Part shown: positions 52,501 to 64,000 of the stretch, one piece after another | Numbering within the stretch: the first letter of the stretch is position 1 | Layout: each line of letters begins with the position of its first letter | From: Haliotis cracherodii | Lineage: Eukaryota | Direction of reading: 5' to 3' | DNA length: 64,000 bases | NCBI RefSeq assembly: GCF_022045235.1 | Contig: NW_027266297.1 | Location: 72,540,001 to 72,604,000 of the forward strand | Position numbers and translations under genes: made by a program | Notes under the pieces: generated by a model | Database searches by the model: none | What the model was told of the DNA's origin: nothing | The model's input: the letters and a program-made list of their open reading frames with translations, nothing else

Positions 52501-55500
52501 TTGTCACAATGGCTGATCTGATGTTACTGGTTGTCACAATGGCTGATCTGATGTTACTGGTTGTCACAATTGCTGATCTGATGTTACTGGTTGTCACAAT
52601 TGCTGATCTGATGTTACTGGTTGTCACAATGGCTGATATCTAATGTTACTGGTTGTCACAATGGCTGATCTGATGTTACTGGTTGTCACAATGGCTGATC
52701 TGATGTTACTGGTTGTCACAATTGCTGATCTGATGTTACTGGTTGTCACAATGGCTGATCTGATGTTACAGGTTGTCACAATGGCTGATCTGATGTTACT
52801 GGTTGTCACAATTGCTGATCTGATGTTACTGGTTGTTCACAGGAAGGAGGACATGATCAGCCAGCTGAACACAGAGCTGGATCAGGAGAAGCGCATGGCA
52901 GACAGTCTGGTCAATGACATGGTGGGTATAGCTACATGCAGTTAAAACATGTTCACACAAACTGAGAAAAATTACTTTCTTTGCTCTCTGATTCTTTTTG
53001 ATAATGCAAAATGCTGTGGCTTATTCAAGAAACTGTCACATGTATTTATCAAATATTCTGAAAGAGATCAGCAGAATACTGCTATAGTTGATTTCCAATG
53101 ATGAGCTTAAGATATTAAAACCTATTATTCTGAACATTATCCTTTGTCTGACAGGTTCTTTGTGACCATCAACCCTTAAGGGGGGGTCTTTTACACACTG
53201 CCAAAATGTTGGAGGGGGACTAGACATTTTCATGATGTGTAAAACTAACAGTAATTATTGCCCTGTTTACAGTGATTCAACATCAGAATGCACTGTAGTG
53301 GTTCCGGAATAGGTCCCCATCTATGCCATCTTCCCGAGGCAAGAGAGTTACTAGGCTGGAATTACTGGGCTTGATCGTAGCGCCACCAGTAGCTATTAAG
53401 AGCTATGTCCCTTCCATGCCTCTCCTAATGACCAATCAGATTCCACCTCTCGTATCACTTGCATTTCTTCAAACAAAACGTCAAGACGATCTGATTGATA
53501 ATCAAGATCTATATTGTGATAAAACGAGTCGTACATCACGAAGTGCATCAAATCACGTGAGCACCTTGATTAAAAACATGAAAGGATTTAGATAATATCT
53601 GTTGACAACGAGTTGCTGGTGCACATGTTTTGCAAATCTTTCAATCGACCAAAATCTGCATGACAGTTTACGAACAGGATTTCGATTTCGTTGCTCAATT
53701 TTGATTGGACTTTGCATAGACTTGTTAGGCCAGGCAAAATGTAACTCCATAATACAGCCTAGTTCGGCAAGGGTGGAAACTGGACTTTTATAGTCAGTTA
53801 AGTCACTTGCATCGGGAAGATGCATCTATGCTGGTCGTAAAAGGATTTTAATGGGTGGTGGATGGATCAGGTGGTAAATTGATGATTGCGTCATCATTGT
53901 ACCAGCGATAGAAACTAACACTTTTAGCCCACTGGTCTTTATAATGATAACATAAGGCAAAACCTTTAGAAAGGGCAGATTTCTACTAGTCCTTAGGATA
54001 CCTTAACCGTTGGGCAGTTTGGCAGGGACTACAGGACTAGTGCCAATTTCTAATGCTGCGTACCACGTTGTTGTTCATTATATCAGTAACTGAATTGTCT
54101 GGTTTGAAGACTTGATTATTTACAGACCACCATCATATAGCTGGACTATTCCCAAGTGTTTCATAAAGTACTAACAAACAAGAAGACAATTGGGACCATT
54201 GAGCATATTTCCCCTTCAGCCATGTATGACACACTCTCGCCATGTATGACACACTCTCGCCATGTGTGACACACTCTCGCCATGTATGACACACTCTCGC
54301 CATGTATGACACACTCTCGCCATGTGTGACACACTCTCGCCATGTATGACACACTCTCGCCATGTATGACACACTCTCGCCATGTATGACACACTCTCGC
54401 CATGTATGACACACTCTCACCATGTATGACACACTCTGGCCATGTATGACACACTCTCGCCATGTATGACACACTCTCGCCATGTATGACACACTCTCGC
54501 CATGTATGACACACTCTCGCCATGTATGACACACTCTCACCATGTATGACACACTCTCGCCATGTATGACACACTCTCGCCATGTGTGACACACTCTCGC
54601 CATGTATGACACACTCTCGCCATGTGTGACACACTCTCGCCATGTATGACACACTCTCGCCATGTATGACACACTCTCGCCATGTATAACACACTCTCGC
54701 CATGTATGACACACTCTCGCCATGTATAACACACTCTCGCCATGTATGACACACTCTCGCCATGTATGACACACTCTCGCCATGTATGACACACTCTCGC
54801 CATGTGTGACACACTCTCGCCATGTGTGACACACTCTCGCCATGTATGACACACTCTCGCCATGTATGACACACTCTCGCCATGTATGACACACTCTCGC
54901 CATGTATGACACACTCTCGCCATGTGTGACACACTCTCGCCATGTATGACACACTCTCGCCATGTGTGACACACTCTCGCCATGTATGACACACTCTCGC
55001 CATGTATGACACACTCTCGCCATGTATGACACACTCTCGCCATGTATGACACACTCTCGCCATGTATGACACACTCTCGCCATGTGTGACACACTCTCGC
55101 CATGTGTGACACACTCTCGCCATGTGTGACACACTCTCGCCATGTATGACACACTCTCGCCATGTATGACACACTCTCGCCATGTATGACACACTCTCGC
55201 CATGTATGACACACTCTCGCCATGTATGACACACTCTCGCCATGTATGACACACCATGTATGACACACTCTGGCCATGTATGACACACTCTCGCCATGTA
55301 TGACACACTCTCGCCATGTATAACACACTCTCGCCATGTATGACACACTCTCGCCATGTATAACACACTCTGGCCATGTATGACACACTCTGGCCATGTA
55401 TGACACACTCTCGCCATGTATGACACACCATGTATGACACACTCTGGCCATGTATGACACACTCTGGCCATGTATGACACACTCTCGCCATGTATGACAC

Positions 55501-58500
55501 ACTCTCGCCATGTATGACACACCATGTATGACACACTCTGGCCATGTATGACACACTCTCGCCATGTATGACACACCATGTATGACACACTCTGGCCATG
55601 TATGACACACTCTGGCCATGTATAACACACTCTCGCCATGTATGACACACTCTCGCCATGTATGACACACTCTGGCCATGTATGACACACTCTGGCCATG
55701 TATGACACACTCTCGCCATGTATGACACACTCTCGCCATGTATAACACACTCTCGCCATGTATGACACACTCTCGCCATGTATGACACACCATGTATGAC
55801 ACACTCTGGCCATGTATGACACACTCTCGCCATGTATAACACACTCTCGCCATGTATGACACACTCTCGCCATGTATGACACACCATGTATGACACACTC
55901 TGGCCATGTATGACACACTCTGGCCATGTATAACACACTCTCGCCATGTATGACACACTCTCGCCATGTATGACACACTCTCGCCATGTATGACACACTC
56001 TCGCCATGTATGACACACTCTCGCCATGTATGTCGCCATGTATGATACACTCTCGCCATGTATGACACACTCTCACCATGTATAACACACTCTCGCCATG
56101 TATGACACACTCTCGCCATGTATGACACACTCTCGCCATGTATGACACACTCTCGCCATGTGTGACACACTCTCGCCATGTATGACACACTCTCGCCATG
56201 TATGACACACTCTCGCCATGTATGACACACTCTCGCCATGTATGACACACTCTCACCATGTATGACACACTCTGGCCATGTATGACACACTCTCGCCATG
56301 TATGACACACTCTCGCCATGTATGACACACTCTCGCCATGTATGACACACTCTCACCATGTATGACACACTCTGGCCATGTATGACACACTCTCGCCATG
56401 TATGACACACTCTCGCCATGTATGACACACTCTCGCCATGTATGACACACTCTCGCCATGTATGACACACTCTCGCCATGTGTGACACACTCTCGCCATG
56501 TATGACACACTCTCGCCATGTGTGACACACTCTCGCCATGTATGACACACTCTCGCCATGTATGACACACTCTCGCCATGTATGACACACTCTCGCCATG
56601 TATGACACACTCTCGCCATGTATGACACACTCTCGCCATGTATAACACACTCTCGCCATGTATGACACACTCTGGCCATGTATGACACACTCTCGCCATG
56701 TATGACACACTCTCGCCATGTGTGACACACTCTCGCCATGTGTGACACACTCTCGCCATGTATGACACACTCTCGCCATGTATGACACACTCTCGCCATG
56801 TATGACACACTCTCGCCATGTATGACACACTCTCGCCATGTGTGACACACTCTCGCCATGTATGACACACTCTCGCCATGTGTGACACACTCTCGCCATG
56901 TATGACACACTCTCGCCATGTATGACACACTCTCGCCATGTATGACACACTCTCGCCATGTATGACACACTCTCGCCATGTATGACACACTCTCGCCATG
57001 TGTGACACACTCTCGCCATGTGTGACACACTCTCGCCATGTATGACACACTCTCGCCATGTATGACACACTCTCGCCATGTATGACACACTCTCGCCATG
57101 TATGACACACCATGTATGACACACTCTGGCCATGTATGACACACTCTCGCCATGTATGACACACTCTCGCCATGTATAACACACTCTCGCCATGTATGAC
57201 ACACTCTCGCCATGTATAACACACTCTGGCCATGTATGACACACTCTGGCCATGTATGACACACTCTCGCCATGTATGACACACCATGTATGACACACTC
57301 TGGCCATGTATGACACACTCTGGCCATGTATGACACACTCTCGCCATGTATGACACACTCTCGCCATGTATGACACACCATGTATGACACACTCTGGCCA
57401 TGTATGACACACTCTCGCCATGTATGACACACCATGTATGACACACTCTGGCCATGTATGACACACTCTGGCCATGTATAACACACTCTCGCCATGTATG
57501 ACACACTCTCGCCATGTATGACACACTCTGGCCATGTATGACACACTCTGGCCATGTATGACACACTCTCGCCATGTATGACACACTCTCGCCATGTATA
57601 ACACACTCTCGCCATGTATGACACACTCTCGCCATGTATGACACACCATGTATGACACACTCTGGCCATGTATGACACACTCTCGCCATGTATAACACAC
57701 TCTCGCCATGTATGACACACTCTCGCCATGTATGACACACCATGTATGACACACTCTGGCCATGTATGACACACTCTGGCCATGTATAACACACTCTCGC
57801 CATGTATGACACACTCTCGCCATGTATGACACACTCTCGCCATGTATGACACACTCTCGCCATGTATGTCGCCATGTATGATACACTCTCGCCATGTATG
57901 ACACACTCTCACCATGTATAACACACTCTCGCCATGTATGACACACTCTCGCCATGTATGACACACTCTCACCATGTATGACACACTCTCGCCATGTATG
58001 ACACACTCTCACCATGTATGACACACTCTCGCCATGTATGACACACTCTCGCCATGTATGACACACCATGTATGACACACTCTCGCCATGTATGACACAC
58101 TCTCACCATGTATAACACACTCTCGCCATGTATGACACACTCTCGCCATGTATGACACACTCTCACCATGTATGACACACTCTCGCCATGTATGACACAC
58201 TCTCGCCATGTATGACACACTCTCACCATGTATGACACACTCTCACCATGTATGACACACTCTCGCCATGTATGACACACTCTCGCCATGTATGACACAC
58301 TCTCACCATGTATGACACACTCTCGCCATGTATGACACACTCTCGCCATGTATGACACACCATGTATGACACACTCTCGCCATGTATGACACACTCTCAC
58401 CATGTATAACACACTCTCGCCATGTATGACACACTCTCGCCATGTATGACACACTCTCACCATGTATGACACACTCTCGCCATGTATGACACACTCTCGC

Positions 58501-61500
58501 CATGTATGACACACTCTCGCCATGTATGACACACCATGTATGACACACTCTCGCCATGTATGACACACTCTCGCCATGTATGACACACTCTCGCCATGTA
58601 TAACACACTCTCGCCATGTATGACACACCATGTATGACACACTCTCGCCATGTATGACACACTCTCGCCATGTATGACACACTGCACAGTATGGAGCAGA
58701 CGTCTATATTTGGTTGTTGTGTGTGTGACAGGAGCCGGAGATGAGGCAGAGATATTTCAAGATGAAGGATATGAACGAGCACCTGCTGAAGCAGCTGGAG
58801 AACGGCCAGCAGGAACTGGATCAGCTCAACTCCAAGATCGAGGGCTTGCAGGATGTATGTATCCAGTGGAATTATAAAGACAAACTTGATTCCAACAATT
58901 GCTAGCCTTCATGTATTTTAAGACATGTTTCCTCCTTTGCAATGTGTTGTGACATGTCTGGTTCAGTGACTGGAACTGATTGATTGTTTGTCTTCAGGAG
59001 CTGTCTATGTCACAAGTCAAGCAAGAAGCAGGTAAGATAAAGATGAAAAAAATAATAATACATCCTGATTTGTATGTTGTCTAAGGCATCATTACACACG
59101 TGCAGAGTTGCATCCCTCAGCTCCGAGATTCCTCACAGCGATATCCTGTAAGCAGAGCTCTCTGTGTTATCACTTCCCACTGTAAACGGCAGCATTCGAC
59201 TACAAATGGAGGTGACCTCGCAACTGCCTGACCATTATGTCAAGTACTCGCCCCAAGCTAAAATATTTTTTGACCTGATCCTGACTTATACTTGTTTCTT
59301 ATCTCATCTCATATCCTGACTTATACTTATTTCTTATCTCATCTCATATCCTGACTTATACTTATTTCTTATCCCATCTCATATCCTGACTTATACTTAT
59401 TTCTTATCTCATCTCATATCCTGACTTATACTTATTTCTTAGCCCATCTCATATCCTGACTTATACTTATTTCTTATCTCATCTCATATCCTGACTTATA
59501 CTTATCTCATCTCATATCCTGACTTATACTTGTTTCTTATCCCATCTCATATCCTGACTTAAACTTGTTTCTTATCTCATCTCATATCCTGACTTATACT
59601 TATTTCTTATCTCATCTCATATCCTGACTTATACTTGTTTCTTATCTCATCTCATATCCTGACTTATACTTATTTCTTATCCCATCTCATATCCTGACTT
59701 ATACTTATTTCTTATCTCATCTCATGTCTACATGTGCATGTTCCAGTGAGGACTGTTCAGTGTTTGTGTGAGGACTGTATACATGTGCATGTTCCAGTGA
59801 GAACTGTTCAGTGTTTGTGTGAGGACTGTATACATGTGCATGTTCCATTGAGAACTGTTCAGTGTTTGTGTGAGGACTGTATACATGTGCGTGTTCCAGT
59901 GAGAACTGTTCAGTGTTTGTGTGAGGACTGCATACATGTGCGTGTTCCAGTGAGAACTGTTCAGTGATTGTGTGAGGACTGTCTACATGTCCATGTTCCA
60001 TTGAGAACTGTTCAGTGATTGTGTGAGGACTGTCTACATGTGCATGTTCCAGTGAGAACTGTTCAGTGTTTGTGTAAGGACTGTATACATGTGCCTGTTC
60101 TAGTGAGAACTGTTCAGCGTTTGTGTGCGGACTGTATACATGTGCCTGTTCTAGTGAGAACTGTTCAGTGTTTGTGTGGACTGTATACATGTGCATGTTC
60201 CAGTGAGAACTGTTCAGTGTTTGTGTGAGGACTGTCTACATGTGCGTGGTCTAGTGAGAACTGTTCAGTTTTTGTGTGAGGACTGTTTGTGTTTTCCAGT
60301 GAGAACTGTTCAGTGTTTGTGTGAGGACTGTATACATGTGCGTGTTCCAGTGAGAACTGTTCAGTGTTTGTGTGAGGACTGTATACATGTGCATGTTCTA
60401 GTGAGAACTGTTCAGCGTTTGTGTGAGGAGTGTATACATGTGCCTGTTCTAGTGAGAACTGTTCAGTGTTTGTTTGAGGACTGTATACATGTGTATGTTC
60501 CATTGAGAACTGTTCAGTGTTTGTGTGAGGACTGTTTGTGTTTTCCAGTGAGAACTGTTCAGTGTTTGTGTGAGGACTGTATACATGTGCGTGTTCTAGT
60601 GAGAACTGTTCAGCGTTTGTGTAAGGACTGTATACATGTGCGTGTTCCATTGAGAACTGTTCAGTGTTTGTGTGAGGACTGTATACATGTGCATGTTCCA
60701 GTGAGAACTGTTCAGTGTTTGTGTGAGGACTGTCTACATGTGCGTGTTCCAGTGAGAACTGTTCAGTGTTTGTGTGAGGACTGTCTACATGTGCGTGTTC
60801 CATTGAGAACTGTTCAGTGTTTGTGTGAGGACTGTATACATGTGCATGTTCCAGTGAGAACTGTTCAGCGTTTGTGTGAGGACTGTCTACATGTGCGTGT
60901 TCCAGTGAAAACTGTTCAGTGTTTGTGTGAGGACTGTCTACATGTGCGTGTTCCAGTGAGAACTGTTCAGTGTTTGTGTGAGGACTGTATACATATGCCT
61001 GTTCTAGTGAGAACTGTTCAGCGTTTGTGTGCGGACTGTATACATGTGCCTGTTCTAGTGAGAACTGTTCAGTGTTTGTGTGAGGACTGTATACATGTGC
61101 ATGTTCCAGTGAGAACTGTTCAGTGTTTGTGTGAGGACTGTCTACATGTGCGTGGTCTAGTGAGAACTGTTCAGTTTTTGTGTGAGGACTGTTTGTGTTT
61201 TCCAGTGAGAACTGTTCAGTGTTTGTGTGAGGACTGTATACATGTGCATGTTCCAGTGAGAACTGTTCAGTGTTTGTGTGAGGACTGTCTACATGTGCGT
61301 GTTCCAGTGAGAACTGTTCAGTGTTTGTGTGAGGACTGTATACATATGCCTGTTCTAGTGAGAACTGTTCAGCGTTTGTGTGCGGACTGTATACATGTGC
61401 CTGTTCTAGTGAGAACTGTTCAGTGTTTGTGTGAGGACTGTATACATGTGCATGTTCCAGTGAGAACTGTTCAGTGTTTGTGTGAGGACTGTCTACATGT

Positions 61501-63764
61501 GCGTGGTCTAGTGAGAACTGTTCAGTTTTTGTGTGAGGACTGTTTGTGTTTTCCAGTGAGAACTGTTCAGTGTTTGTGTGAGGACTGTATACATGTGCAC
61601 GTTCCAGTGAGAACTGTTCAGTGTTTGTGTGAGGACTGTCTACATGTGCGTGTTCCATTAAGAACTGTTCAGCGTTTGTGTGAGGACTGTATACATGTGC
61701 ATGTTCCAGTGAGAACTGTTCAGTGTTTGTGTGAGGACTGTCTACATGTGCGTGGTCTAGTGAGAAGTGTTCAGTTTTTGTGTGAGGACTGTTTGTGTTT
61801 TCCAGTGAGAACTGTTCAGTGTTTGTGTGAGGACTGTATACATGTGCGTGTTCCAGTGAGAACTGTTCAGTGTTTGTGTGAGGACTGTATACATGTGCAT
61901 GTTCTAGTGAGAACTGTTCTAGTGTTCAGCGTTTGTGTGAGGACTGTATACATGTGCATGTTCCAGTGAGAACTGTTCAGTGTTTGTGTGAGGACTGTCT
62001 ACATGTGCGTGGTCTAGTGAGAACTGTTCAGTTTTTGTGTGAGGACTGTTTGTGTTTTCCAGTGAGAACTGTTCAGTGTTTGTGTGAGGACTGTATACAT
62101 GTGCATGTTCCAGTGAGAACTGTTCAGTGTTTGTGTGAGGACTGTCTACATGTGCGTGTTCCATTAAGAACTGTTCAGCGTTTGTGTGAGGACTGTATAC
62201 ATGTGCATGTTCCAGTGAGAACTGTTCAGTGTTTGTGTGAGGACTGTCTACATGTGCGTGGTCTAGTGAGAACTGTTCAGTTTTTGTGTGAGGACTGTTT
62301 GTGTTTTCCAGTGAGAACTGTTCAGTGTTTGTGTGAGGACTGTATACATGTGCGTGTTCCAGTGAGAACTGTTCAGTGTTTGTGTGAGGACTGTATACAT
62401 GTGCATGTTCTAGTGAGAACTGTTCAGCGTTTGTGTGAGGAGTGTATACATGTGCCTGTTCTAGTGAGAACTGTTCAGTGTTTGTGTGAGGACTGTTTGT
62501 GTTTTCCAGTGAGAACTGTTCAGTGTTTGTGTGAGGACTGTATACATGTGCGTGTTCCAGTGAGAACTGTTCAGTGTTTGTGTGAGGACTGTATACATGT
62601 GCGTGGTCTAGTGAGAACTGTTCAGTTTTTGTGTGAGGACTGTTTGTGTTTTCCAGTGAGAACTGTTCAGTGTTTGTGTGAGGACTGTATACATGTGCAT
62701 GTTCCAGTGAGAACTGTTCAGTGTTTGTGTGAGGACTGTATACATGTGCATGTTCTAGTGAGAACTGTTCAGCGTTTGTGTGAGGAGTGTATACATGTGC
62801 CTGTTCTAGTGAGAACTGTTCAGTGTTTGTGTGAGGACTGTTTGTGTTTTCCAGTGAGAACTGTTCAGTGTTTGTGTGAGGACTGTATACATGTGCGTGT
62901 TCCAGTGAGAACTGTTCAGTGTTTGTGTGAGGACTGTATACATGTGCATGTTCTAGTGAGAACTGTTCAGCGTTTGTGTGAGGAGTGTATACATGTGCCT
63001 GTTCTAGTGAGAACTGTTCAGTGTTTGTGTGAGGACTGTTTGTGTTTTCCAGTGAGAACTGTTCAGTGTTTGTGTGAGGACTGTATACATGTGCGTGTTC
63101 CAGTGAGAACTGTTCAGTGTTTGTGTGAGGACTGTATACATGTGCATGTTCTAGTGAGAACTGTTCAGCGTTTGTGTGAGGAGTGTATACATGTGCCTGT
63201 TCTAGTGAGAACTGTTCAGTGTTTGTATGAGGACTGTATACATGTGTATGTTCCAGTGAGAACTGTTCAGTGTTTGTGTGAGGACTGTTTGTGTTTTCCA
63301 GTGAGAACTGTTCAGTGTTTGTGTGAGGACTGTATACATGTGCGTGTTCCAGTGAGAACTGTTCAGTGTTTGTGTGAGGACTGTATACATGTGCATGTTC
63401 CAGTGAGAACTGTTCAGTGTTTGTGTGAGGACTGTATACATGTGCCTGTTCTAGTGAGAACTGTTCAGTGTTTGTGTGAGGTCTGTTTGTGTGTGTCCCA
63501 GTGTTTGTGTGAGGACTGTATGCTTGTCCAGTGAGAATTGTTCAGTGTTTGTTGGAGGACTATGTGTGTTCAAGTGAGAGTGTTTGTGTGAGGACTGTGT
63601 GTGCATGTTTCAGTGCGACTGTACGAGCAGCTTCATGAGCTGGAGGCGAGGCGAGACCAGCTGGTGGAGGAGGCCAAGTCACGGGGGACGCCAGCGGAGG
63701 AGAGGGAGAAGTTGCTGAAGCAAGTAAAGGAAGACAACCAGGAGATAGCCAGCATGGAGAGACA
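43559..63764 (+). CDS. IFT74: Intraflagellar transport protein 74, exons 1-14; gene continues beyond the window
   Basis: Coding segments 43559-43560 (AT), 44283-44347, 44548/44554-44594, 44714-44768, 45280-45357, 45649-45694, 46900-46998, 47757-47817, 49641-49700, 50494-50555, 52843-52921, 58732-58854, 58998-59031, 63614-63764; all phases fit. Peptides [93 protein letters not shown] match IFT74. Confidence 0.95.
45908..46095 (+). mobile_element. SINE-like family B, 5' part
   Basis: CCCGGTGAAGATCCAGGTTAGAACTGGTCTTCAGCAACCCATGCTTG... Confidence 0.75.
46265..46609. mobile_element. pogo/Tigger-type MITE, inverted copy of 23130-23457
   Basis: TA|CCGTATTTGACATAATAAGCGC ... GCGCTTATTATGTCAAATACGG|TA. 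Confidence 0.85.
47080..47568 (+). mobile_element. Old SINE with Meta-like central domain (47080-47345) followed by a family B copy (47375-47568)
   Basis: CCTGCCTGGCACTCTGCATTAAGGGG...GGACTGGTCGGCTC...GTGTCTGAGTGGGG resembles the MetaSINE domain from memory; the family B body is clear. Confidence 0.55.
47806..49581. repeat. 30-bp minisatellite, about 59 copies, containing the IFT74 exon 8 end and donor
   Basis: Unit GATTATAATACT|GTAAGTATATCCATGTAG; the first unit overlaps coding sequence. Confidence 0.96.
49848..50220 (+). mobile_element. Helentron/HINE-like element related to 8632-9270
   Basis: TTATCCCCC start, GTCCATCCGTCC microsatellite, two AAACTTGGCACATAGATAGGTCTAG units, GGCGGGGGATAT end. 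Confidence 0.55.
50580..52842. repeat. 30-bp minisatellite, about 75 copies, filling IFT74 intron 10 up to the acceptor
   Basis: Unit CTGATCTGATGTTACTGGTTGTCACAATGG; the last unit ends TTGTTCACAG, the acceptor at 52841-52842. Confidence 0.96.
53318..53830. mobile_element. MITE with ~28-bp imperfect TIRs
   Basis: CATCTATGCCATCTTCCCGAGGCAAGAGA versus reverse complement CATAGATGCATCTTCCCGATGCAAGTGA at the right end. Confidence 0.6.
54219..58683. repeat. 20-bp minisatellite, about 4.5 kb, with 14-bp deletion variants and a large internal duplication
   Basis: Unit GCCATGTATGACACACTCTC. Confidence 0.97.
59278..59724. repeat. 35-bp pyrimidine-rich minisatellite, about 13 copies
   Basis: Unit ATCCTGACTTATACTTATTTCTTATCTCATCTCAT. 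Confidence 0.93.
59726..63625. repeat. 51-bp (variant 45-bp) minisatellite, about 3.9 kb, homologous to the IFT74 exon 14 acceptor
   Basis: Unit GTTTGTGTGAGGACTGTATACATGTGCATGTTCCAG|TGAGAACTGTTCAGT. Confidence 0.95.
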
Positions 63765-64000
63765 GTAAGTACCCCCTGAACACATGGAGAGACAGTAAGT
63801 ACCCCCTGAACACATGGAGAGACAGTTAGTACCTCCTGAACACATGGAGAGACAGTAAGTACCCCCTGAACACATGGAGAGACAGTAAGTACCCCCTGAA
63901 CACATGGAGAGACAGTAAGTACCTCCTGAACACATGGAGAGACAGTAAGTACCTCCTGAACACATGGAGAGACAGTAAGTACCCCCTGAACACATGGAGA
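63753..64000. repeat. 30-bp minisatellite, at least 8 copies, containing the IFT74 exon 14 end and donor; runs off the window
   Basis: Unit CATGGAGAGACA|GTAAGTACCCCCTGAACA. Confidence 0.96.

Noticed and set aside
50546-52945. ORFs of [10 protein letters not shown] and [10 protein letters not shown] repeats (membrane- or mucin-like)
   Set aside because: 30-bp minisatellite within IFT74 intron 10, broken by frameshifting variants; the exon phases of IFT74 exclude it.
54133-58782. Long minus-strand ORFs up to 1305 aa ([20 protein letters not shown] repeats)
   Set aside because: Translation of a nearly stop-free 20-bp unit, open in all three frames, antisense within an IFT74 intron.
59717-63534. 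His-rich and Cys-rich repeat ORFs as stand-alone genes
   Set aside because: Lie entirely within the 51-bp array with no unique domain or promoter evidence; considered only as a possible mis-splicing product.

Overview
Eukaryotic genomic DNA, probably a gastropod mollusc (Haliotis-like, inferred from SINEs with (ACTC)n tails). Five spliced genes can be rebuilt from GT-AG exons: tektin-2 (-, 761-3641), ATRAID/APR3 (+, 4635-10229), ALG14 (-, 12566-19020), TLCD4/TMEM56 (+, 20174-30722) and the 5' part of IFT74 (+, 43559 to past the window end). TEKT2/ATRAID and ALG14/TLCD4 are head-to-head pairs; the second arrangement also occurs in human. Non-coding DNA holds several SINE families, MITEs, two DIRS1-like relics and about 13 minisatellite arrays. 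All the long repetitive ORFs in the track are translations of these arrays. The most unusual signal is in IFT74, where four separate minisatellites are amplified copies of the gene's own splice junctions: two donors, one acceptor, and one branch/acceptor region with the AG mostly erased. This creates dozens of decoy splice sites, each leading to a premature stop. The IFT74 start codon also appears split by an intron (AT|G). All homology calls are from memory of the protein families; no searches were run.
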